From Camelus dromedarius (Eukaryota), in the NCBI RefSeq assembly GCF_036321535.1, contig NC_087436.1, positions 5,518,001-5,582,000 on the forward strand: DNA of 64,000 nucleotides, read 5' to 3'. The notes beneath the pieces are model-generated. The model saw only the letters and a list, made by a program, of their open reading frames with translations, did not search any database and was not told where the DNA came from. Below, one piece after another: positions 14,040 through 24,065 of this stretch (position 1 is its first letter; every line of letters starts with the position of its first letter). The translations under genes and the position numbers were made by a program.

Positions 14040-15420
14040 AGAGGATAGGGACGTATTTACGCTTTGGAGACTTATCCATGTCGTTGCTTGTGTTAATATT
14101 TGGTGCTGTCTCATTACTGAGTACTGTGTCCTAGTATGGATACACCAGCTTGTTTTCCCTTTAAACAATTGTTGGAGATTTGGGTTGTTTTCAGTTTGGC
14201 TGTATTATAAACGTTGCTGTGAATAATTGTACAAGTCTCCGTGTGGACATACGTTTTCATTACTCTTGGGTAAATACCTAGGAATGAGATTTCTGGATTT
14301 TATGGCAAAATGTATTTTACTTCTATAAAATGCTACCATGGTTCTATCAGAATAAGGGTGCCATTTTGCATTCCTACCACTTGTTTCACGTGCTCCCCAA
14401 CACCTAAGTTTTTTGACTTAATGTAGTGGCTGGGACCTCAAGTTCAGTGTTGAGTAGAATTGTAAGAGATGCTTATTCCTGATTCTAATTGAAACATTCA
14501 CTGATGGGTATAATAGCAGCTCTAGATTTTTGTAGATCTCTTAGTAAGACTGAGGAGGGTTGATTGATTTCTAGATGTTAGATAAGTTGGGAAAATTATT
14601 AGCACAAAATTGCTCATAATATTTGCTCTTCCTTTTAATGTCTCACTGTAGTGATCATTCCTACATATTTGTGATATTGTTAAATTGTGAATTTTTCTGA
14701 ACACTCTAGCTAAAGACTTACCCATTTTCTCTGTATTTTCAAAACATCAGCTTGATTTCATTCGTTTTCTCTATTTTTTTCACTGACTTTTAGCTCTTTA
14801 TTCTTTTTTTTTTTTCTTAGTTTGGATATTATTTGATATCTTTTTGGTATTTAAAGTGAAACTTATGTAGTTGATTTTAGGTCTTTCTTCTTTTCTACTG
14901 TGAGCATTTAAATTACAAATTTCCCTTGTAAGTCCTGCTTTAGCTGCAGTGCACACATTTTGATATAGTGTATTTTCATCTTTTTCCATTAAGAAATATT
15001 TTCTCATTTCCCTTGTGATTTCTTCTTTGGTCCATGCATTCTTTAGATATGTGTAGTTAGGTTTCCAAATATTTAGGGTTTTCTTAAGTACTTGAATATG
15101 TTTTTTTAAAATTTTGTCAGGGAACATACTCTATGATTTCAGTCCTTTTATATTTACTGAGACATTTTGAATGGCCCAGCCCAGCACATGCCTCCTGGCA
15201 ACCATACCGTGTCCCCTTGAAATGTGTATCAGGCTTTGTGGAGTGTAATGTTTAAATATTAGTGGAGTCAAGCTGATTGACAGTCCTGTTGAAATCTTTT
15301 AAGTCTTTTGTCTGGTTTGTAGTTATTGATCAGAGAGTGTTAAAATGTCCAACTTGGATTATGGAATTATGCTTTAGGTATTTTGAAGCTCTGTTACTAG
15401 ACACATACATATTTATAATT
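14040..15420 (-). mobile_element. Old L1 fragments including an ORF2 remnant
   Basis: The minus-strand ORF 14798-15127 (NIWKPNYTYLKNAWTKEEITREMRKYFLMEKDENTLYQNV...) resembles L1 ORF2p. The 14040-14400 part resembles the L1 ORF2 end/3' region. Confidence 0.75.
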
Positions 15421-16022
15421 TTACCTAAAAAAATCATATTACTGACTTAGATTAAATTTCAGGATATTCAGTGGATACAACTCTTTTGACCCAAAATATC
15501 TTTCCTTTTTTCTACTTTATTCCCCCTACATTGTTCCAGAAGATTATGCAAATCAATTTGCCAGTCTCTTCGGATTATGCCCATAATTTTTATTTTCTAA
15601 AACTTAGGAGAAAAACCTGTATCATTTACCCTGGACTCATTTTGCTTTCTAAAATATTAGTTTTGTGTTCTAGTTTTGTTTTCCTTCCCATCTTTTTTTT
15701 TGATTGATTTTTTTCCATTGTTAACAAACATCAGAGCTTCATCTATGAATTTTCCATAGACTCTGACTTCAGCTATTTCTTTATGTATGGAAGTAACTTT
15801 TGATACTTTTTACCCTAAGTAAACTTCACTCTAACACCCTTTTCCTGTTACATAAAATACTTTAAGTGCTGCTAAAAGGGATTTTTTTTTAAAACAAACA
15901 CTTTTAAATTATAAATGAAAAAAAGATGAATAATTCAGGTCACTGTCCAGACCTCTAGAGGCCACACATAATACCTTTCTTACTCTGATCTTTTCTTACC
16001 ATCTGGAGCAGTGGTTCAAGAT

Positions 16023-16635
16023 TTTTTTTTTTTTAAAGAAATGGGATTTTTTTTCATTTAAATTTTTTTAATTGAAGTATCGTCGATTTACAATGTGTTA
16101 TTTCTGGTGTACAGCACAGTGATTCAGTTATACATATATATATTCATTTTCATATTCTTTTCCATTATAGGCCATTACAAGGTATTGAATATAGTTCCCT
16201 GTGCTATACTGTAGGTCCTTGTTGTTTACCTATTTTATATACAGTAGTTAGTATCTGCTAATCCCAAACTTCTAATTTATCCCTCCCCCTACTGTTCCCT
16301 CTGGTAACCATAAGTTTGTTTTCTATGTCTGTGAGTCTTGTTTCTATTTTGTAAATAAGTTCATTTGTGCCTTTTTTTTTAGATTCCACATATAAGTGAT
16401 CTCATATGGTATTTTTCTTTCTCTTCTGGATTAACTTCACTTAGTATGACAATCTCCAGGTCCATCCATGTTGCTGCAAATGGCATTATTTTATTCTTTT
16501 TTTATAGCTGAGTAGTATTCCATTATATAAATACGCTACAACTTCTTTATCCAGTCATCTCTTGATGGACATTTAGGTTGCTTCCATGTCTTCGCTATTG
16601 TAAATAGTGCTGCTGTGAACACTAGGGTGCATGTA
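16023..16635 (-). mobile_element. 5'-truncated L1 (~610 bp, 3' UTR plus ORF2 end) with TSD
   Basis: T-rich tail then typical L1 3' sequence (ccatccatgttgctgcaaatggcattattttattc). TSD ggttcaagat at 16013-16022 and 16636-16645. Confidence 0.9.
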
Positions 16636-17209
16636 GGTTCAAGATCTTTTTGATCATAAGGATCTTTTTCAAAAATGAAAGTATTTTTGGATTCCTGTCT
16701 GATAGTAATAGTAGTTTTCCTTTTAGTATCATTTGATTAAAATGTTGAAGAATGATAACATGCTGATATAATTTAGCAGCATTTCTAAATGACTTTTCAT
16801 GTTATTAATCACAACTCCATATGTACCAATTTGGTGAATACTGTAGTTCATCTCCCAAGGGGGTAAAAGTGATTTGGGGTTTAGGTAGTAGTTGTTATAT
16901 CCACAGTTTCTCCTTGACTTACTCTGTTGGTTCTATTTTGTTGATTACAAATACTATCTCTACCTTTCCTCTCTTTTTTTTTCCATTTTTCACCCTCTTT
17001 TTCTTCCTTTCCTTTTTCTAGTTTTTGGTATTCCTCTTTCAGTCAATACATTGCGAGTGTGTATGCTAGTAAGGAATTATTTTTCTGATGTTTACTCTAA
17101 GATCGGCTGGGCAAGAAATCTCTGGATATCCCGTAGTCAGTCTTTGAGTTTGCTGTAAATAATGCTCCCTTAAGTAAGCATTTCATCACTATAAAATTCT
17201 TTCTGCATT

Positions 17210-17362
17210 CTTTTTTTTAATTGAATTATAATTGATTTACAAGGTTGTGTTAGTTTCCACTGTACAGCAAAGTGATTCTGTTTTATATGTATATATATAA
17301 ATATATATATTCTATTTCATATTTTTTCCATTATTGGTACTACAAGATATTGAATACAGTTA
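17210..17362 (-). mobile_element. L1 3'-end fragment
   Basis: ttttttttaattgaattataattgatttacaaggttgtgttagtttccactgtacagcaaagtgattc matches the other copies. Confidence 0.8.
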
Positions 17363-17900
17363 CCTTCTTGCTGCATATTGATGAGCTAAATGACTTTATC
17401 TTTCACCCTGACTTGTTTATAGAGGTTTTCGTTCAGGTTAACTTCTTTATGTAACTAATTTATTAATACTCTATATTATTTGTTAGTTTTGACTTTCAAA
17501 AGATGTAGACCCCACATCTATTTATCAGAGTTGGTATCACTTTTATTACATATTCCCTGATTTGAAATCTAGACTTGATTTATTTCTGCACTAGGGAGGG
17601 AAATTTCTGACAAATAAGGACTAGACATTTTAAACATGTTTTTAAAATATTATACCAAGAAGTCCTGGAATTTATTAGAGAGGGAGCTCCATTAAATGGA
17701 GATAATTTAGTAAGAACACAATATTAAAATTACAAAAATCCACATTTTTATGAATGATGGGTTTCGCATTTCTTTATTGGTTTATAATTTAGTAAAATTC
17801 AGGCAGAATTTCACAGTGAAGTTATTTAACAGTAAAGTAATCCTATTTGAAGGCTGTCTGAAGATAATGCTAAAATATTTGTGCAAAGAAATGCTATTTG

Positions 17901-18070
17901 CTCAGATTCTTTTCCATTATATGTCATTACAAGGTATTGATACAGTTCCCTAAAAAGAAAAAAATATTTATGTACGTATGTGTGTAACCAAATCACTTTG
18001 CTGTACACCTGAAACTACCACTATGAATCAACTACATTTCCATAAAAAAAATTTAAAAATTAAGAAAAAA
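17901..18070 (+). mobile_element. Short L1 3' end with an inverted 5' segment
   Basis: 17901-17951 is antisense L1 3' UTR. 17952-18070 is the adjacent sense 3' end with an A-rich tail. Confidence 0.75.
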
Positions 18071-19089
18071 ACTCCACACCTTTTAGCAGCCTCTGAAATG
18101 GTGCAGCTGATGGAATGTGTATTTCTTCAACATCCTCACTGATAATTGATACTAATATAGTGCTTCTATATTATGCCAGGCCCATGTTTCATTACCAGGA
18201 TAACGTTTTCATTCTCAGAAGTGGTCGCATCTAAGAGTAAAAACGTGCACGTGGCCCCATTGGTGAAATGGACTCCAGAGTCAAGGCAGACCTGCTCCCA
18301 CTTGACTGAGAGGGAGGCTCCCCGGACCCGGCATGAGTCCTGGCCCAGCGTGTCGTGGTTCTCTGTGCCCATGGGTCCTGTGTCCACACCCCATCTTCTG
18401 AACACATGCGGGAAGGAAGAGAAAGAGGGACAGGAGTTATTGCAACTCTCTTTCGAGATTTTACAATTATTTGACTTAAATTGATATATAACTATTAGCC
18501 TCTCATATATGGTTAATATTACATAGAGCAGAATTGCATTCTTTCCTTGAAAAGCTGGAATCATTTGTTTTCCTGAAATAATCAGAGATGTTCTTAACTT
18601 TGCCTTTTCTATTAGTTTTTTTGTTTTTTGTTTTTTTTTTTTTAATTTTGAATCTTACCAAAAAATTGCTAGATATGTTCTATTCTTATTCTGATTTAGT
18701 TGTTTTGGGGGTAAAATTGAGCTCTATAACTGTCTGTAATAAAGCTGAAAAGTGAAATAACCTGTTCAATCAGAGAGCATTGTGGCTTCCTCAATGGTTT
18801 TAGAGGTACAATGGAATGGTTTTAGACATCTGTAGTATTTAAACAAGATCCAAATTGTGTGTTTACAGGTTCGCTTAAATTTCTATTTATTTTTTAAACG
18901 TTCACTGTTTACAAACATCCCCACCCACATTCAGTAACCCTTACATAGAAAGTGTGTGCGTGGGGTTTCTTCTACTCTTTGAGCTTTAAAGGGGCCCGAG
19001 GGACATTGGGAGCTCCTGCAGAGGGCGTTCATCCAAGAGCGAATGATGACACATCATTTCACGAGGGTGAAAAAAGCAGCTTGAATTCC

Positions 19090-19510
19090 TGCTTGTGTCC
19101 CCGCAGGAATCTTCTCGGTCCTCAGCTTGGCCTCCGAGTGCACCACGCTGGCGGCCGAGCTCCCCAAGGTGTCCTACGTGAAGGCGCTGGACGTGTGGCT
19201 CATCGCCTGCCTGCTCTTCGGCTTTGCGTCCCTGGTGGAGTACGCGGTGGTGCAGGTGATGCTGAACAACCCTAAACGCGTTGAAGCAGAAAAGGCCAGA
19301 ATTGCCAAGGCCGAGCAGGCGAATGGGAAGGGGGGCACCGCGGCGAAGAAGAACACGGTGAACGGTACGGGCACCCCCGTTCACATCAGCACCCTGCAGG
19401 TGAGCGCGACCTCGGCCGGCGGAGCGACTTCCGCGCCCCCCCCCCCCCCGGCCTGCATCCTGTCGGGGTGCCGGTGTCGTGGGATTGGTACTCGTTTATC
19501 TCTCGCGGAT
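19090..19510. promoter_or_regulatory. Small intragenic CpG-rich island over the GLRB TM2-TM3 exon and its donor
   Basis: Dense CpGs and high GC, flanked upstream by AT-rich intron. Includes a C14 run at 19436-19449. Confidence 0.6.
19107..19399 (+). CDS. GLRB: GLRB coding exon (293 nt): TM2, TM3 and start of the intracellular loop (~exon 9)
   Basis: ccccgcag| acceptor and CAG|gtgagc donor. Translates (G)[97 protein letters not shown]. Confidence 0.98.
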
Positions 19511-20108
19511 GGAAAGGGAATGAGCGCAACAGACTTCCTGGAAGAGAGCAGAAAGCTTAGGTCCCATAGTAATTAACAAAAAGGAAATCAACACCTGATC
19601 TGATTTCTGGAGGACGCGGCATGGAGTTTAAGGCCGCACCTCTGCTCTGATGGTCACCACAGAGTGTGGAGGTCTTGCCGGAAGACTTTGCTCCTGTCTC
19701 GCATCTGACAAGCCCAGTAAGGGGCCAGGGCGCTGCTGGGGGGCCCGGAAGGCTGAGCCCATGTTTTTGGTTCAGTCTCCCACCTGTTCCCCTCAAGAGG
19801 GAGGGCTTCACACAGCACAGGGCAGGCAGGCTCCTGATTTATTGGATGCCTGGCCCATAGGGAGCTATGCCCACGTTTGGGATTTGTCCAGCCCAGGGTG
19901 AATAGTTGAAGAACTGGGCAGTAGTTTGCTTGTTCACTCATATATTTCTTTTTTTATTCAATAAAAAGAGTTGAGGACCTACTGTTGCTAATAACATCGT
20001 GTTCCCAACTCCAAGCATGTGCCAGGTGTGTTCACAGCAAAGGGGTGTTGCTGCGAATAAAAGGTAGACTATGTCTATGGATGTGAATCAATTAAGACAT
20101 CAAAGCTG

Positions 20109-20256
20109 GGGGGAGGGTAGAGCTCAGTGGTAAAGCATGAGCTTAGCATGCACGAGGTCCTGGGTTCAGTCCTCAGTATCTCCATTTAATTTGTATATAT
20201 ATGTACGTAAACCTAATTCCGCCCCCCCCAAAGAAAAACAAAAAACAAAACAGAAA
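20109..20256 (+). mobile_element. tRNA-Ala-derived SINE (Vic-1-like) with target-site duplication
   Basis: GGGAGGGTAGAGCTCAGTGGTAAAGCATGAGCTTAGCATGCACGAGGTCCTGGGTTCAGTCC with A/B boxes and an A-rich tail. TSD acatcaaagctg at 20097-20108 and 20257-20268. Confidence 0.92.
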
Positions 20257-22410
20257 ACATCAAAGCTGCTGTACATGCAGCATGAATGAGAGAATTGTTT
20301 CTTTACAGTAATGATATATATTTTTAAAATAAGGATTGATTTAAATTTGGTAAAATACATAAAGGAGATTTCCCTGTGAACACATCTGTATCATCTGTGG
20401 AAGATGCGATTATCTGTATGAAACCATGCCTGCGTCTTCCGGTTAAGAAATACTGTGTGCGGTGATTGGCTTTTAAACGTGTGCAGATTCAGACCGAAAA
20501 GGACCACAAAGCTAATCTCAGCGGCTATGGTCTGGAGCCTTGGGAAGTTCTGTCCGCATCATTAATTTTTATTCCTGACGGTTTCATTATCATACTACCC
20601 GGTTTTTGCTACCAGTCATTTTCGGAAGTGACACGTTTACATGATGAAAGTAAATGAGAGACACATATTCATGTGAGGAAAAATGGGGAAATTATAGATT
20701 GGAGACTAATAGAAGCAAGACCACTGTAAGACTGTATTACGCGGGGGTGCTGTCTTGTTGATAACTAGTTCATTTGATCCCTCTTGATGTGATGGTATAA
20801 TTGTTTAAAACAGTATTTATACTGTAAACGCTTTTCTCCGCTTGTGTACATACTTGATTTGATAATTATGTGCAGAGGGCATTAACTGAAGAGGGAAGTT
20901 GTGTTTGTGTGAAGTCTCTGCTGAGCGGGAGAAGGTGGGAGCAGCGAACCAGGGAAGGAATGAGGAGCTGTTTAAAGAGCCTGAGGGCTTCTCCGTAGGG
21001 AACCCAGTTTTATCCCTCATTCAGAGCTGTCCCATCATTAAAAGTGACTCCTGTAATAGGCGCTCGCCACCGGGACACACACACAACTCATTTCAAAGAT
21101 AACAGTCTTCAAATACCTTTATAGAAGAGGTTTTAATAAAATCAAAACCCTGGGAGAACGTGTAAATGCATTTTAATTTGTTTTTTCACCCCGTGTCTCT
21201 TGGTTTCTCTGCTCCCCACTTCTGAAGGCTGCCGTCCAGCTCTTGGCTAGAAAATATACCTCAGTGTTTGTTCAGGTCAAGGACAGCCTGCTGGTACCTG
21301 ACGTACTGCTGGGGAAGAATCAGTTTTACTTTTTACCTTAAGCGTAATCTTTACCCAGCCCTCATCTAGTCAATGACAATAGAATTCGTGTAACTAGTCA
21401 ATGCGTCTTACTAATAAGGCAAAGGCCGGAGTAACCACTGTGTGCTAATCGTGTACAATGATGTGTTTCCCTTTTTTGGTAAAAACAGGAGATATTAATA
21501 GTGAAGATTCCCAAGGTGAACACCAGAGGTCAGGAGAGAGATCAGTGGAATATTACGCAGTTGGGTCACAGTTTCACCCTTCTGTGGCCTTTCCTGACGT
21601 CGGTGCCCCTTAAACCATAGGTCAGCCTATACCTCCATCTTTTCCAAGATCTCTTCAGATTACCAGGGAGAGTTCATTGTGAAATAATTATTTGGTATAT
21701 TATAGGGAATGGAGTCAGATTTAATAATTCCGAGTTTCTCAGCCAAATAATCTGTAGCATATGATCCGGCTGAAATATACACAGTTCCTTTGGATTCTCT
21801 GCGTTTGGAGTCTCTGTGTAATTCGTCTTTAGTCAACAAGGGAGAAATGCCTTTCACTAGTGAATCTTTGGTTCATGGTAATGGTGACCATGTTCAGTTC
21901 TTATTTGTGAGTGTGATTTAGGGACACACTGTCTCACTGATATGACAAATGCCTCAGTCTTCTATAAACCATCTGGTTTGGAAGTAGGATCCATGGGGAG
22001 GTCAAAGATTAGAAGTACCAGAAGATTTCTGTAATTTGTATATTGTACTGAGATGAGCTGTGCTGTTTGTGGTTGAAGATGGGTTTTTATTTATCCCTCA
22101 CTCTTTCAACTGAGAACTCTCACGAGCCTGGGAGTACCTAAGATAACTGGCGATTTGTGCTTTGATCTCTTATCATAAAATAACCTACTGAAAGTTTATT
22201 CCACGACATAAACCTTGTTACGCACACAACACGTTAGAGCCCTCCGTGTTCAGGTCACCTCCTGGTTTAATCAGTTGACTATGATTTCTGTTTAACCAAA
22301 AGAGATCATAGTCAACTGATTAAGCCATCCGATTTTTTTAAGTATCTTTTTGAAGACGTCTTCTACATAGAAAAATTCTGAATACCCCCGTCTTTCACTT
22401 TTATCCTCAG

Positions 22411-22707
22411 GTTGGAGAGACCAGATGCAAGAAGGTGTGTACCTCCAAGTCTGACCTGAGATCTAATGACTTCAGCATCGTGGGCAGCTTACCGAGGGAT
22501 TTCGAGCTGTCCAATTACGACTGCTACGGGAAGCCCATTGAAGTCAACAATGGCCTCGGGCGATCTCAGGACAAGAACACCAAGAAGCCGCCTCCCGCCA
22601 AACCCGTCATCCCGACAGCCGCCAAGCGCATCGATCTTTATGCCAGAGCGCTGTTTCCTTTCTGCTTCCTGTTCTTCAACGTGATCTACTGGTCGATATA
22701 TTTATGA
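22411..22707 (+). CDS. GLRB: GLRB last coding exon: gephyrin-binding loop, TM4 and stop
   Basis: ttttatcctcag| acceptor. Translates [38 protein letters not shown]...[41 protein letters not shown] then TGA (22705-22707). [13 protein letters not shown] (22471-22509) is the beta-specific gephyrin-binding motif. Confidence 0.98.
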   Translation, partial: VGETRCKKVCTSKSDLRSNDFSIVGSLPRDFELSNYDCYGKPIEVNNGLGRSQDKNTKKPPPAKPVIPTAAKRIDLYARALFPFCFLFFNVIYWSIYL

Positions 22708-24065
22708 TAAACCTTTTCCATTCATGTAAAGTAAGAGCCCATCGCATTGTGACCAGCCTCGTCCATCAAGGCCAGCCTGCGGACGATTGTTTGCATCTTC
22801 ACAGCAATACACTGCATCTTGGACGCCATCGGTTGTCATAGAAACGTGGCTCCTTTATTTGGAATGGCAGCATGATCTCATTACGTCTGTGCTCTAATCA
22901 TGATGTATTTATGTAAAGCAAACGTGTCGCTTTAGGAACCAATGAAGGACAAGCGTAACCACATAAACCAAAATCCAAACGTTTCTCTCCAGTTAGTGTG
23001 AATTGCAGATACTTCCAATAATTCTGATAGTAATTCTGTGCTCGCTGAACCCTATCATGATCTGATCGCCATTCTAATGTACGTGTTGCAAACTCCCCTC
23101 CTTGTGACTTGCAGAGAAAGCCATCTTATTCTTGTATAATTTCAGATGGTACTATCACAGATAAAGCAGAATTATATTACATATCATTTAAATTTATAAG
23201 TAGAAATATATCAGCTATAATTATGCAAGCTCTGTGGAGAAATAAAGATCAAAGATGTACTAATTTGTAAAAAATCAGCTTATTTTAAAGTCTGCCTGTA
23301 TTGTCAAAATGCCAGGGAATAAAACACAGTAAGCATTTTTGAAACAAAAGGAAATCTAGATGCACCTAAATTCATGCTGAATTCTGGTCTCTGATAAAAT
23401 AAAACTAAAGGATAGATATATTGATTAAATATTTCTGATAAAAGAAATTCTACTTTAAAACCTAAATATATTTTCATGGATTTTATTTTGTTGATACAGA
23501 GTATACAAAATCATTGTGCCTTAAAAAGAGTCATAAATATTTTAAATCGGAATATAGTAGTGGGTATGTGATTTCACACCACTGTTAAGAAACCAAGAGG
23601 AAAATCATTACTAGAAGTAACTTGGGTTTGGGAAGGAAAATTCATAGTAATTAAAGGATTTTAACTTCTTTATTTTATTAAAATGCTTACGTATTTCAAA
23701 GTAAAATTAAATTTTTTTCTGAATTTCTTTTTTTCTTATTTGAATAGCTTTTGATTTTGCTACAAAACATTCAAGGATTAAGTAAGTAATTACTTTATGT
23801 TAAGCCTCTCTTCTTCTTGTATTTTCTTTCTTGCTAAAGGTCTAGATTGCTTAGATTTCCTTGCTTTGATCTTGTTCCAACTTTAAAATAGATACTTTCT
23901 GGTCTCTGACACTCCCGGGTCACCATAGCTGATAGCAAGACTCTGTAATCCACCTAACACAAACATGACGCCAAGTGAGAATATTTACATCCTTTGGAGA
24001 GTTTTGTTGCAGCTGAGAGTTTGTGTGGTCAATTCAATAATAAAATGTGTTTGAATATTGTTTGT
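22708..24065 (+). other. GLRB: GLRB 3' UTR (end approximate)
   Basis: AT-rich sequence after the stop, with AATAAA at 23241, 23318, 23398 and 24039. The last is followed by GT/T-rich sequence. Confidence 0.65.
24039..24044 (+). terminator. Probable distal polyadenylation signal of GLRB
   Basis: AATAAA followed by tgtgtttgaatattgtttgtgcc, which resembles a GU/U-rich downstream element. Confidence 0.55.

Noticed and set aside
19400..19576. Read-through of the GLRB ORF into the intron (VSATSAGG...PPPPP)
   Set aside because: A strong CAG|gtgagc donor and a phase-compatible final exon explain the gene. The extension is GC-rich open frame with no evidence of intron retention.
20109..20190. Possible tRNA-Ala genes (also near 63005-63080)
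   Set aside because: They have A-rich tails, TSDs, disrupted stems and multiple diverged copies, so they are SINEs.
22466..22684. Overlapping alternate-frame ORF in the last GLRB exon
   Set aside because: Expected by-product of high GC3 in the real coding frame; no independent support.
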